Translations under genes and position numbers: made by a program
Shown here: piece after piece, positions 1-9,773 of the stretch
Numbering within the stretch: the stretch's first letter is position 1
Layout: each line of letters begins with the position of its first letter
The notes under the pieces: model-generated
Told to the model about the DNA's origin: nothing
Database searches by the model: none
Seen by the model: only the letters and a program-made list of their open reading frames with translations
Sequence record: OZ374592.1
Length of the DNA: 32,000 bases
Direction: 5' to 3' (one strand)

Positions 1-1749
1 TGGCTAAAAAACTATCTTAATGGGTGTGATATAGAATCCACATATCTACTAAATGATTTAATAAGATATATTAATATAAAATGGGGACAAGATATTGAAA
101 TTTTTGATTTAAATAAGATTACAGATAATATTAATCAGAATTTAACATTAGAATTCAAACGAATAGACTCTAAATTATATACTGATGATTTATCTGATTT
201 TAAAGAATCAAATATTATCCCTATAATTGATGTAATAAAATATAATGATAAAATAATATCTATAATGGGCTTAGAATCCAACACTAAATTTTATTGTGAC
301 AATAATACATCTTCAATTATAATAATGGGTAAGATATATAATCCTAACATACTTAAAAATATAACAACAGGGAATAATATAAAAACAGAAATATCTAATA
401 AACATATAAAAGGAATATCTAGAAATGATTTTATATCTGCATATGAAGAAATAAATAAAATAATAATGGATTTACATGAATGTGAACTGGGTACATTATT
501 CACATACAATCAGCCCCAAAAACCTAATAAAATAATAGAAATCAAAAAACAAGATATTGATAAAATACTTGGACCTTGTAATAAAGAAAAAAATACCTAT
601 ATAAATAAAAACGAAATTATAAAAATATTAAACCAACTTCATTTTAATCCAAAATATAGTGAAAATAAATTTTCAGTAAAAATACCTGAATACAGAAAGC
701 AAGACCTTATAAGATCTGTTGATATTATTGAAGAAATAGCAAGAATTTATGGTTTTGATAAATTTTCAGATAAATTACCAAAATATGAAAAAACAGGTCA
801 TATTTCAGAAAATATTAAAATAATACAAAAAATTCGTCAAATATTTAGAAATGCTGGTTTACATGAAGTTATACACTATTCACTAGACAATAAGTATAAA
901 AAAATTTCAGAAAAAGATAGCCCAATTAAATTATATAATCCATTACTTGAAGATCAATCTCAACTAAAAACCAGCTTAATTCCGCATTTAATTGATGCTA
1001 GTATATACAATTATAAACAGAAAAACTTGTACTCTGAATGTTTTGAAATAGGAAAAATTTTTAAAGAAAATATACATAAAAAAACTGAAAATTTAGCTGT
1101 TGCTGGGATTATAGGTAACCCTAATTTCTCTAGATACTTGTGGTCAAAAAAAAGTCAAAGCCTAAATTGGTACCAGGCAAAAGGATTCTTAGAAGAATTT
1201 TTTGAAAAAATAAATTGCAATATTAAATGGTGTGAACCAAAGAGTATAAATCATAATATAATAAATCAAGAGTGGCTTCAATTCTGTCATCCATATCGTC
1301 TAGCTATAATAGCAAATAAAAATAATCCAAATGAAGTAGTAGGGATATTTAGTCAAATAAATACAAAATTGAAATATGCAATAGGAATAAATCATGAACT
1401 ATATATATTTGAACTTAATATCAATAATCTAATAAACAGCAACACAAAAATCAAGCACTTGAATTATAGTTTTAATATTTATTCAAATTACCCTAGTGTC
1501 ACTAGAGATATTTCTCTAATCTTAAATAAAAAGCAAAGTATAAATTCTATCATAGACTATATCTTTTCAACTAATAACCCACTCATTGAGTCTGTACAAA
1601 TGATTCATGAATATAAAAGTATAAATCAAAAAAAAGAAAATAGAACCGTTAGTTTTCGCATAACTTATCGGTCAAATATTAGAACTTTAAATGATACAGA
1701 TATTCAAAAAATCAATACAGAAATTGACAATTTACTAAAAACACAATAA
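1..1749 (+). CDS. pheT: Phenylalanyl-tRNA synthetase beta subunit, 5'-truncated by the window edge
   Basis: Frame 1 has no stop from nt 1, so the track ORF at 265 is only the first internal Met. Size and the C-terminal region (VTRDISL..., RTVSFRITYRS) fit PheRS-beta. This gene is plastid-encoded in red algae as syfB. Confidence 0.8.
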   Translation, partial: WLKNYLNGCDIESTYLLNDLIRYINIKWGQDIEIFDLNKITDNINQNLTLEFKRIDSKLYTDDLSDFKESNIIPIIDVIKYNDKIISIMGLESNTKFYCDNNTSSIIIMGKIYNPNILKNITTGNNIKTEISNKHIKGISRNDFISAYEEINKIIMDLHECELGTLFTYNQPQKPNKIIEIKKQDIDKILGPCNKEKNTYINKNEIIKILNQLHFNPKYSENKFSVKIPEYRKQDLIRSVDIIEEIARIYGFDKFSDKLPKYEKTGHISENIKIIQKIRQIFRNAGLHEVIHYSLDNKYKKISEKDSPIKLYNPLLEDQSQLKTSLIPHLIDASIYNYKQKNLYSECFEIGKIFKENIHKKTENLAVAGIIGNPNFSRYLWSKKSQSLNWYQAKGFLEEFFEKINCNIKWCEPKSINHNIINQEWLQFCHPYRLAIIANKNNPNEVVGIFSQINTKLKYAIGINHELYIFELNINNLINSNTKIKHLNYSFNIYSNYPSVTRDISLILNKKQSINSIIDYIFSTNNPLIESVQMIHEYKSINQKKENRTVSFRITYRSNIRTLNDTDIQKINTEIDNLLKTQ

Positions 1750-1760
1750 ATTTTTTATTA

Positions 1761-2160
1761 TAGAGTAAGTCATAAGCCGGGTTCTGTTCTTAATTTGTAT
1801 AAAATTATAATACAAAAAGGGCAGTTATTGATCTAAAGTTTGTTATTTTATTAACGTCACTTTTTGCAGTATTAATAAATTATATATAAAAAGTTATAAT
1901 AATAAATAGTATTATTATATACAAGAATTACCTTACTCTTGATATGGGGTTTACCTAGCTAATACTTTAATAATATTACTGGTACGCTCTTACCGTACCT
2001 TTGCACCCTTACTTATTAATTGTATAATAAGCGGTTTATTTCTGTGGCACTTTCCTCGTAGTTACCTACACTATTTTTTATATAGCTATATTAATCTAAA
2101 TAGAGACCGGACTTTCCTCAAATTTGTAAAAAAATTTGTAACTACCTGTGCTTACTCTAT
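1761..2160 (-). ncRNA. rnpB: RNase P RNA, bacterial type A
   Basis: The minus strand carries the universal motifs in the correct order: GAGGAAAGTCCGG, AGGAAAGTGCCACAGAAA, GGTACGGTAAGAGCGTACC, GGTAAACCCCA and ACAGAACCCGGCTTA. The termini pair as helix P1 (5' AGAGTAAG with 3' CTTACTCT). End positions are accurate to a few nt. Confidence 0.9.
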
Positions 2161-2254
2161 ATTGATATCATACTATAGCAAACTAAGAAAAAATTCATAA
2201 TATTACTATATATATTTATTAAAAATAATAAAATATAAACAATAATAGAATTAT

Positions 2255-3040
2255 ATGCAAATAAAAAATAATTTTACCAACTATGATTTTGCATCTATGC
2301 TGAATCAATATAACTACAATTTGCATCCTGGTGATATCGTTGCTGGAACAATTTTTAGTCAAGAATGCAAAGGTTTTCTTGTAGATATTGGGGCAAATAT
2401 AGCTGGATATTTACCGATGGAAGAAATAGGACTATCCATAAATATATACAATGAAGATATACAATACTTAAATAATGAAACCAGGGAATTTTTTATTCTT
2501 GCTTATAATAGACAATCTCAACAATTACTATTATCAATCAAAAGACTAGAATATATAAGAGCATGGAAAAGAATTAAACAAATTGAAAATGAAGATATTA
2601 TACTTTATTTAGATATAGACAGGGTCAATAAAGGAGGTATATTAGCTATGGTTGAAGGCCTACAAGGATTTATTCCAAATTCACATTTAAGTAGTGAAAA
2701 ATATGAACAGAGAAATCTCAAATGCAAAATATTATTCTCCGATGAAAAAATTAATAAACTCATTTTAAGCAATAAAAAAGCTATTCTAGACATTTTTACT
2801 AAAAAGTTTAAAATAGGTGAAATAGTTCATGGCCAAATTATCAAAATTGAAAAATATGGCGTATTCATAGAAATATACGGTATTCATGCATTATTACATA
2901 TATCTGAAATAGGATATAAAAAAATTAAAGACATCAATAATATTTTTAGTATTGGTGATTATATACAAGTCAAAATTATACATATAGATATGGAACAAGC
3001 TCGGCTATCTGTATCAAGAAGAAAGATTAATAAATATTAA
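2255..3040 (+). CDS. rps1: Ribosomal protein S1 (short plastid form with S1 domains)
   Basis: 261 aa with repeated S1-fold signatures (GDIVAGTI..., GGILAMVEGLQGFIP, GEIVHGQIIKIEKYGVFIE). ATG start at 2255. Confidence 0.8.
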   Translation: MQIKNNFTNYDFASMLNQYNYNLHPGDIVAGTIFSQECKGFLVDIGANIAGYLPMEEIGLSINIYNEDIQYLNNETREFFILAYNRQSQQLLLSIKRLEYIRAWKRIKQIENEDIILYLDIDRVNKGGILAMVEGLQGFIPNSHLSSEKYEQRNLKCKILFSDEKINKLILSNKKAILDIFTKKFKIGEIVHGQIIKIEKYGVFIEIYGIHALLHISEIGYKKIKDINNIFSIGDYIQVKIIHIDMEQARLSVSRRKINKY

Positions 3041-3249
3041 CCTCCACCAACAATTGTTATGATCTCTAATTTATCTTGATCTTTTACATAAATATTCTGA
3101 AAATGATCATTACCGATAATAATATTATTATACTCAACAACTATTCGATTAATATCAAAATTAAAATATAATAATAATTGCTTTAAAGACATTAGATTAC
3201 AGCAATTAAATGCTTCACCATTAATAAAAATAGTATTATAATTGTTCAT
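3037..3249 (-). CDS. thiS: Thiamine-biosynthesis sulfur-carrier protein ThiS (ycf40)
   Basis: 70 aa ending in the diagnostic C-terminal GG (...IITIVGGG). The size is right for a beta-grasp ThiS. Its stop overlaps the rps1 stop within TTAA at 3037-3040. Confidence 0.75.
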   Translation of the reverse strand: MNNYNTIFINGEAFNCCNLMSLKQLLLYFNFDINRIVVEYNNIIIGNDHFQNIYVKDQDKLEIITIVGGG

Positions 3250-3317
3250 AACTTAATTCTCAATAAAAACTAGACGCAAATAAAAAAAAATATTATAATA
3301 GTAATTATATATAAAAT

Positions 3318-3391
3318 GGCGGGTGTGGCCAAGGGGTTAAGGCAATGGATTGTGGCTCCATCATTCGCGGGTTCGATTCCCGTCATTCGCC
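3318..3391 (+). tRNA. trnH: tRNA-His (GUG) with genome-encoded G-1
   Basis: Hand-folded cloverleaf. Anticodon loop is TTGTGGC, T arm is GCGGG/TTCGATT/CCCGT. An extra 5' G pairs with C73. No CCA is encoded. Confidence 0.9.
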
Positions 3392-4027
3392 CTCAATAAA
3401 TTGTATATCCTCTTTAATTGCAAATTGCGCTAATTCTGTTCTATTTCGAGTAGAGGTTTTATTTAATAAACGACTGACATATTTTTCCACATTACGTATA
3501 CTAACTTTTAAATTTTGTGCTATCTCTTTATTTCTATAGCCCTTTACAACTAATTGTAAAATAGTTAATTCTCTATAAGTTAAATTAAATGGATTTAATG
3601 TACGATTAAGTATCGTATTTTTTTCTATCTTATCTTGTGGTATGATATGAAGTAAATCCATATTTTTAAATACATTTTTGATAATAGAAACAAGCTCATT
3701 AGGGGCAAATGGTTTAGTAAGATAAGCATTACAACCTAAATCATAACCTTTAATTCTATCTTCTGTCATACCTTTAGCTGTTAGAAAAATGAAAGGTATA
3801 TCAAAAAAATCATTATCCAAACGTACCATATCAATAAAATCATAACCATCTATAGATGGCATCATAATATCGGTAATAATAAGATCTGGTTTTTGTAACC
3901 TCATTTGATTAAAAGCAGATTTTACACAACTTACAGTAATAATATCAAAACCTTCTGAAAGTAAATAGTCAGCAATAACATTTCTTAAATACAAATCATC
4001 ATCTACAAATAAAAGTTTTCTTTTCAT
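3383..4027 (-). CDS. ycf29: Two-component response regulator with NarL/LuxR-type HTH output (ycf29)
   Basis: The receiver domain keeps the acidic pocket (FVDDD), the phospho-acceptor (IITDIMMP), and the T (FLTAKG) and K (LTKPF) positions. The C terminus has a LuxR-type HTH (LTYRELTILQLVVKGYRNKEIAQNLKVSIRNVEKYVSRLL). The TGA stop lies inside the 3' end of trnH. Confidence 0.8.
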   Translation of the reverse strand: MKRKLLFVDDDLYLRNVIADYLLSEGFDIITVSCVKSAFNQMRLQKPDLIITDIMMPSIDGYDFIDMVRLDNDFFDIPFIFLTAKGMTEDRIKGYDLGCNAYLTKPFAPNELVSIIKNVFKNMDLLHIIPQDKIEKNTILNRTLNPFNLTYRELTILQLVVKGYRNKEIAQNLKVSIRNVEKYVSRLLNKTSTRNRTELAQFAIKEDIQFIEGE

Positions 4028-4096
4028 ATATAAAACATAATGTATAGAATAATAAAATTACAATAATTTATTAGATACAACGTTAAAACATAAACT

Positions 4097-4723
4097 ATGC
4101 AATGGATTAATAATCTTACTAAAAACAAAATACCATTCTATATATACAAACTAAATACAGGTGATTCTTTACTCTATCTAAATAATAAACAACAAAGAAA
4201 TACCAATATTATAATCAACGGTATTGTATATTTAATAAAAGTTTTTACAAACAACGAAACGACGTCTGTAGGTATTTTTAATAAAAATCATATTATCTCA
4301 CAAATAGAAAATGAAAAATATTATTATTATAGTATTGTTGCACTTGAGCCGACTTTTATAATCAGTTTTAAACTACAAGACATAATAAATAATGAAGATA
4401 TTAAACAAGATTTAATAAAAAAAATATTAATAGCATATCAACTTACACATAATACTTACGCGGTAATGCATAATATTTATACACATAAATATACAAAACA
4501 CAGATTAATTCAATTAATTTTGTTTTTGTCTAAAGAATTTGGGTATTTTGAAAACAATAAAATTATTATAAGGTTTCATATATCACAAATTACTCTAAGT
4601 ATAATAATAGGTAGTAATAGGAGTACAGTTAATAAAATCATGTCTCAACTATACAATCATAATATAATCTCATATCATAATCAGAAATATATCTGTATAC
4701 ACAAACCATTTATTTTAATCTAA
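4097..4723 (+). CDS. ntcA: CRP/FNR-family transcription regulator, NtcA-like (ycf28)
   Basis: 208 aa with a C-terminal HTH (ISQITLSIIIGSNRSTVNKIMSQL). Size and position next to ycf29 match red-algal plastid ntcA/ycf28. The sequence is highly diverged and N/I/K-rich. Confidence 0.65.
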   Translation: MQWINNLTKNKIPFYIYKLNTGDSLLYLNNKQQRNTNIIINGIVYLIKVFTNNETTSVGIFNKNHIISQIENEKYYYYSIVALEPTFIISFKLQDIINNEDIKQDLIKKILIAYQLTHNTYAVMHNIYTHKYTKHRLIQLILFLSKEFGYFENNKIIIRFHISQITLSIIIGSNRSTVNKIMSQLYNHNIISYHNQKYICIHKPFILI

Positions 4724-4840
4724 AATAGACCATCATGGTAATGATAGATGTTATAATAATATTTATATTCTTATAAATTGAATAAAAGAATGAATTAGTA
4801 GTCTAAATGTAAAATTATAAAAAAACAAGATAGTTCATTT

Positions 4841-5488
4841 ATGGGGAAAGTATACGACTGGTTTGAAGAACGACTAGAAATTCAAGCAATAGCAGATGAT
4901 ATTACAAGTAAATATGTACCGCCTCATGTAAATATATTTTATTGCATTGGAGGGATAGTATTTACATCTTTTTTAATTCAAGTAGCAAGCGGATTTGCTA
5001 TGACATTTTATTATAGACCTACTGTAGCTGAAGCATTTTCATCTGTAGAATATATAATGACAGAAGTTAATTTTGGCTGGCTAATTAGATCTATTCATCG
5101 ATGGTCTGCAAGCATGATGGTGCTAATGTTAATATTGCATATCTTCAGAGTATATTTAACAGGTGGCTTTAAAAAACCGCGTGAACTAACTTGGGTTACA
5201 GGAGTTATCTTAGGAGTTTTAACAGTTTCATTTGGTGTCACGGGATATTCATTGCCGTGGGATCAAATTGGATATTGGGCAGTTAAAATTGTAACAGGTG
5301 TACCAGAAGCAATACCAGTTATTGGTGGTAGTATTGTTGAACTATTAAGAGGAAGTGTAAGTGTTGGGCAAGGTACTTTAACTCGATTCTATAGTTTACA
5401 CACATTTGTGTTGCCTTTATTAACAGCTGTATTTATGCTAATGCATTTCTTAATGATTCGCAAACAAGGAATATCAGGACCACTATAA
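4841..5488 (+). CDS. petB: Cytochrome b6
   Basis: 215 aa, near-canonical sequence ([35 protein letters not shown]...). Confidence 0.97.
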   Translation: MGKVYDWFEERLEIQAIADDITSKYVPPHVNIFYCIGGIVFTSFLIQVASGFAMTFYYRPTVAEAFSSVEYIMTEVNFGWLIRSIHRWSASMMVLMLILHIFRVYLTGGFKKPRELTWVTGVILGVLTVSFGVTGYSLPWDQIGYWAVKIVTGVPEAIPVIGGSIVELLRGSVSVGQGTLTRFYSLHTFVLPLLTAVFMLMHFLMIRKQGISGPL

Positions 5489-5528
5489 AATAATCATTAA
5501 CATTTATTAAATCAATATCACAATTCAT

Positions 5529-6011
5529 ATGTCAATTATCAAAAAGCCCGATTTAAATGACCCTAAACTAAGAGCAAAATTAGCTAAAGGTATGGGGCAT
5601 CATTATTATGGTGAACCTGCTTGGCCTAATGATTTACTATACATGTTTCCAGTTGTAATCTTGGGAACTATTGCATGCGATGTTGGCCTATCTATATTAG
5701 AGCCATCTGTTATTGGCGAAAAGGCAAATCCATTTGCAACACCTCTGGAAATTTTACCTGAATGGTACTTTTTTCCAACTTTTAACTTATTAAGAGTGAT
5801 ACCAAATAAATTAATTGGTGTATTATCCATGGCATCTGTACCTGCTGGCTTAATTACAGTACCATTTATCGAAAATGTAAATAAATTTCAAAACCCTTTT
5901 CGTAGACCTATTGCCACAACAATCTTTTTAATAGGAACTTTTGTAAGTATATGGTTAGGTATAGGAGCAACTATGCCTTTATCTAAAGCTATATCTTTAG
6001 GCTTCTTTTAG
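5529..6011 (+). CDS. petD: Cytochrome b6-f complex subunit IV
   Basis: 160 aa with canonical motifs ([28 protein letters not shown]). Lies immediately downstream of petB. Confidence 0.97.
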   Translation: MSIIKKPDLNDPKLRAKLAKGMGHHYYGEPAWPNDLLYMFPVVILGTIACDVGLSILEPSVIGEKANPFATPLEILPEWYFFPTFNLLRVIPNKLIGVLSMASVPAGLITVPFIENVNKFQNPFRRPIATTIFLIGTFVSIWLGIGATMPLSKAISLGFF

Positions 6012-6023
6012 TATATTATAAAA

Positions 6024-6055
6024 AATAAACAACTAATTTCTGTTAGTTGTTTATT
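6024..6055. terminator. Perfect 13-bp hairpin between convergent petD and rpl12
   Basis: AATAAACAACTAA, then the 6-nt loop TTTCTG, then TTAGTTGTTTATT. It starts 13 nt after the petD stop and ends 5 nt before the rpl12 stop. Confidence 0.6.
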
Positions 6056-6060
6056 AATTT

Positions 6061-6456
6061 TTATTTGATAGAAACTTTAGCTCCAGCATCTTCCAATTTT
6101 CTTTTCACTTCATCTGCATCTTCTTGAGATGTACCCTCTTTAATTGCTTTAGGAGCTGATTCAACTAAATCTTTTGCCTCTTTTAAACCAAGACCTGTTA
6201 ATGAACGTACAGTTTTTAAAATAGCGATCTTTTTAGCTGCTGGCACATCTTCTAAAATGACGTCAAACTCGGTTTTTTCTTCTGCACTGCCTGTATTGAC
6301 AGAATCTACAGTGGCTGGCATCACCATCATACCAGATGAAGAAGCAGAAGAAGCATCAACATCAAAAGTTTCTTCTATTTGCTTAACTAATTCTGCAGCC
6401 TCTAAAAGAGTTAATGATTTCAATTCTTCTACAATATTTTGAATTTTAGGAGTCAT
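6061..6456 (-). CDS. rpl12: Ribosomal protein L7/L12
   Basis: Conserved start [29 protein letters not shown] and C-terminal LKEAKDLVE...AGAKV. The 17-codon upstream extension in the track is non-conserved and was trimmed. Confidence 0.9.
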   Translation of the reverse strand: MTPKIQNIVEELKSLTLLEAAELVKQIEETFDVDASSASSSGMMVMPATVDSVNTGSAEEKTEFDVILEDVPAAKKIAILKTVRSLTGLGLKEAKDLVESAPKAIKEGTSQEDADEVKRKLEDAGAKVSIK

Positions 6457-6509
6457 AATTAAATTAATATAATAAACTAATAAATAAAATAAACTATAAA
6501 TATACACAC

Positions 6510-7214
6510 CTAATAATTATTATCTCTCAATAAACTGATATCGATAGGTATAGATGGACCCATTGTACTAGATAAATAAACAGATTTCCAATACTTACCT
6601 TTAGCGCCTGATGGCTTATTACGCTCTATTGATTCTTGAAGTGCCATCAAATTTAAATTCAAATCTTCTGCTTTAAAATTCAATTTACCAAAAGGAATAT
6701 GAATAATTCCAGATCTATCAAGACGATATTCCAATTTACCTGCTTTAAACTCATTAATTGCATCTGTTAATTCCGTTGTCACAGTACCTGCTTTAGGGGA
6801 TGGCATTAAACCTCTTGGTCCTAATACTCTTCCTAATTTTGCAATTAATGGCATAACATCAGGTGTGGCTATTAATTTATCAAAATCTAAACGCCCTTTT
6901 AAAATTTCATCTATTAAATCTTCAGAACCAACAATATCAGCATTGCCGCTAATAGCCTCTGAGACTTTTTCACCTTTGGTAACAACCGCAATTTTAATAT
7001 TTTTCCCTGTACCTTGAGGTAATATTACACTGGAACGTAATTGCTGATCAGCATACTTAGGGTCTAATCCAAGACCAATATGAGCCTCTATTGTCTCAAC
7101 AAAATTCACACTAGACAATGATATTAACAACTTAATAGCCTCTAAAGGAGCATATAATTTATTTTTTTCTATTCTTGGTAAAATTTGCTGAAAACGACGT
7201 GAATATTTACGCAT
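6510..7214 (-). CDS. rpl1: Ribosomal protein L1
   Basis: Conserved start MRKYSRRFQ at the ATG at 7214. The track extension to 7292 would overlap rpl11. Motifs include [12 protein letters not shown] and [15 protein letters not shown]. Confidence 0.9.
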   Translation of the reverse strand: MRKYSRRFQQILPRIEKNKLYAPLEAIKLLISLSSVNFVETIEAHIGLGLDPKYADQQLRSSVILPQGTGKNIKIAVVTKGEKVSEAISGNADIVGSEDLIDEILKGRLDFDKLIATPDVMPLIAKLGRVLGPRGLMPSPKAGTVTTELTDAINEFKAGKLEYRLDRSGIIHIPFGKLNFKAEDLNLNLMALQESIERNKPSGAKGKYWKSVYLSSTMGPSIPIDISLLRDNNY

Positions 7215-7230
7215 AATTTTTAGTCCCCTT

Positions 7231-7659
7231 TTATTCATCATGAATTTGAATACCCATACTATTAGCAGTTCCGCTAATAATACGCATTGCACTGCTTACA
7301 TTTTTAGTATTCAAATCTTGTAATTTAATTTCTGCTATTTCTTGAAGCTGCTTTTTAGAAATAGAGCCTTTTTTATCTGTGTTAGGTTTACCTGATCCTT
7401 TTTGTATGCCAGCTGCTTTAGCTAATAAAACTGACGCTGGAGGAGTTTTTAAAATAAAAGAAAAACTGCGATCCTCATAAATAGAAATTTCGACAGGGAT
7501 CACTAATCCAATTTTATCTGCTGTTCTAGCATTATATTCCTTACAAAACATTACAATATTAGCTCCATGCTGACCTAAAGCTGGTCCAACAGGAGGTGCT
7601 GGCGTTGCTTTACCTGCATTTAATGCAAGCTTTACCAGACCAACAATTTTTTTAGCCAT
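7231..7659 (-). CDS. rpl11: Ribosomal protein L11
   Basis: [35 protein letters not shown] is canonical for L11. Confidence 0.95.
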   Translation of the reverse strand: MAKKIVGLVKLALNAGKATPAPPVGPALGQHGANIVMFCKEYNARTADKIGLVIPVEISIYEDRSFSFILKTPPASVLLAKAAGIQKGSGKPNTDKKGSISKKQLQEIAEIKLQDLNTKNVSSAMRIISGTANSMGIQIHDE

Positions 7660-7837
7660 AAATATAATTTGCTCAATAAATAGATAAAATAAAATATAAA
7701 AAAATCATAAACTATATAAAATGAATAATCTATAAAGTTCATGTATTATTCTCTGAAGAAAAAAACATGCCTAACATTATATATAATTAGACTAGCATAT
7801 TGTATACAATATATAAATTAATAATGAACAAACATTA

Positions 7838-7910
7838 CACGCCTTGAAGGACTTGAACCCTCGACATTAGGTTTTGGAAACCTACGTTCTACCAACTGAA
7901 CTAAAGGCGT
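7838..7910 (-). tRNA. trnW: tRNA-Trp (CCA)
   Basis: The minus strand folds as ACGCCTT/AAGGCGT acceptor, anticodon loop TTCCAAA and T loop TTCAAGT. No CCA is encoded. Confidence 0.9.
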
Positions 7911-7976
7911 ATATCATCATTATAATAATAAATAATTAAAAATCATATATAATTGATAATCTAAAAATACAAATCA

Positions 7977-9074
7977 ATGATAAATCCAGAATTAAAGAAT
8001 CATACATTATCTACAGAAGAATATAAAATTTACACACGTCATCTTATTTTAGAACAAATAGGAATACATGGGCAACAAAGACTTCAAAAAGCTAAAGTTC
8101 TCTTTGTTGGTGCTGGTGGCTTAGGCTGCCCTGCTATATTATATTTAGTCTTAGCAGGAGTGGGTAATATAGGAATCATAGACCATGATAAAGTATCAAA
8201 ATCAAATTTACATAGGCAAATTCTTTATGATAGAAATGACCTTAATGAATTAAAAACAACATCAGCAAAGCAAAAAATTCAGCAATTAAATTCCTTATGC
8301 AATATAGAAATATATTCATATAAATTAAATAATCATAATGCAGATAATATCATGCAAAAATATGACATTATTTTAGATGCAAGCGATAATTTTGAGACAA
8401 GGTATATTATTGACTCTGCATGCTATAAATTACATAAAATTCATATATATGGTGCAATAGAAAATTTTGAAGGTCAAGTTAGCGTTTTTAACTACAAAAG
8501 TGGGCCTAGATATTCGGATATTTATTCAGAATACTTAAACCTTAAAAACAATACATGCAAAAATATGGGTGTTATAGGAGTACTACCAGGAGTTATAGGT
8601 ATTCTACAGGCAACAGAAACTATTAAAGTCATTATAGGAATAGGTAAAATTTTGAGCGGTTATATCTTAATCTATAATGCCTTAAATCTTTCATTTCAAA
8701 AACTAAAAATACATACTAAAAAAAATAAATTAGAAAAATTAAATAAGCATATAATAAAAAAAACATCCAAGTCAAATATTATTTCCAATCATGAATTAAA
8801 AAAACAAATAATAGCAAAAAAATGTATTAACACGGTACTAATAGATGTAAGGCAAAGTATAGAATATAATGCTAAACATATAAAAAACGCTATAAACATA
8901 CCCCTAAAAACAATAAATAATAAACACAACCTAAGTTTAATCTCAACACATTCATTAAATAAAAATTTAATTATTTACTGCAGTGACAATTCTCGTTCCA
9001 TAATTGCTTCCAATATATTAAATAATTATAAGATTCAACATAAGCGTTTATATAATGGATTAAAAGATTGGTAA
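7977..9074 (+). CDS. moeB: MoeB/ThiF-family E1-like adenylyltransferase fused to a C-terminal rhodanese domain
   Basis: Nucleotide-binding GAGGLGCP, SNLHRQILY and CKNMGVIGVLPG motifs. The C-terminal rhodanese has the active-site loop YCSDNSRS. Confidence 0.85.
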   Translation: MINPELKNHTLSTEEYKIYTRHLILEQIGIHGQQRLQKAKVLFVGAGGLGCPAILYLVLAGVGNIGIIDHDKVSKSNLHRQILYDRNDLNELKTTSAKQKIQQLNSLCNIEIYSYKLNNHNADNIMQKYDIILDASDNFETRYIIDSACYKLHKIHIYGAIENFEGQVSVFNYKSGPRYSDIYSEYLNLKNNTCKNMGVIGVLPGVIGILQATETIKVIIGIGKILSGYILIYNALNLSFQKLKIHTKKNKLEKLNKHIIKKTSKSNIISNHELKKQIIAKKCINTVLIDVRQSIEYNAKHIKNAINIPLKTINNKHNLSLISTHSLNKNLIIYCSDNSRSIIASNILNNYKIQHKRLYNGLKDW

Positions 9075-9197
9075 TATAAATTAATATAATAAATACAAAA
9101 AAGTTCTAACATCTATCATATTCTAAAAAGATTATATATAATTATTGCTAAACATCTATAAATATTAAGTACACTGAAACAAAAAATATATCAAATT

Positions 9198-9662
9198 ATG
9201 AAGAAAAAAACAACAATAATTATCAAACAAAACCACAACAAATTAGGAAATAAAGGAGATATCATAAATGTCACCCGAGGATATGCATTTAATTATTTAA
9301 TTCCTAAAAATTTAGCTGAATTAGCAACAGCAGGTAAACTTAAAAATGCAGAGATGTTCAAAAAAATAAAAAGTGCTAAACTGGAACAATCAACAATTAA
9401 TGCAAAACTTTTGCAAGCACATTTAGAAAAAATTGCTAAAATTAATATTAAAAAGACAGTAGGTAACAATAAACAAATATTTGGCAGTGTTAATGAAAAA
9501 GAAATTATAACACAAATATTTAACTATACAGGTCAAAGACTAGATAAAAAACAAATCCTTCTACCTGATATCAAACATATCGGTATTTATTCTCTCACAA
9601 TTAATCTGTCAAATAACATATCTGCAAATTTAAGACTACAAATTTTACCAGAAGGTATATAA
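9198..9662 (+). CDS. rpl9: Ribosomal protein L9
   Basis: 154 aa. The N-terminal domain (LGNKGDIINVTRGYAFNYLIPKNLA) is typical of L9. Confidence 0.85.
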   Translation: MKKKTTIIIKQNHNKLGNKGDIINVTRGYAFNYLIPKNLAELATAGKLKNAEMFKKIKSAKLEQSTINAKLLQAHLEKIAKINIKKTVGNNKQIFGSVNEKEIITQIFNYTGQRLDKKQILLPDIKHIGIYSLTINLSNNISANLRLQILPEGI

Positions 9663-9773
9663 GTCCATATAGCATAAGCTATTTATCTATGATTTAACAA
9701 TTAACAATATATGGAGAAATTGAATAATTTCAATCCATATTTATAGAATTATGCAAATTATTTATCTAATATA

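Noticed and set aside
3037-3040. rps1 and thiS share the tetranucleotide TTAA as overlapping convergent stop codons.
   Set aside because: The overlap is real, but it is a trivial consequence of genome compaction and I see no functional implication.
3345-3539. A 64-aa plus-strand ORF.
   Set aside because: Its 5' part is the tRNA-His gene and the rest is antisense to ycf29, so it is an artefact.
4028-4096. A search for a canonical NtcA box (GTA-N8-TAC) in the ycf29/ntcA divergent spacer.
   Set aside because: I found no GTA-N8-TAC. The nearest match has the wrong spacing, so no binding site is claimed.
6061-7659. Apparently missing genes in conserved operons: no rpl10 between rpl1 and rpl12, no fusA between rps7 and tufA, and no infA or adk near rpl36/secY.
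   Set aside because: To my knowledge these absences are the normal state of red-lineage plastid operons, not deletions or rearrangements specific to this sequence.
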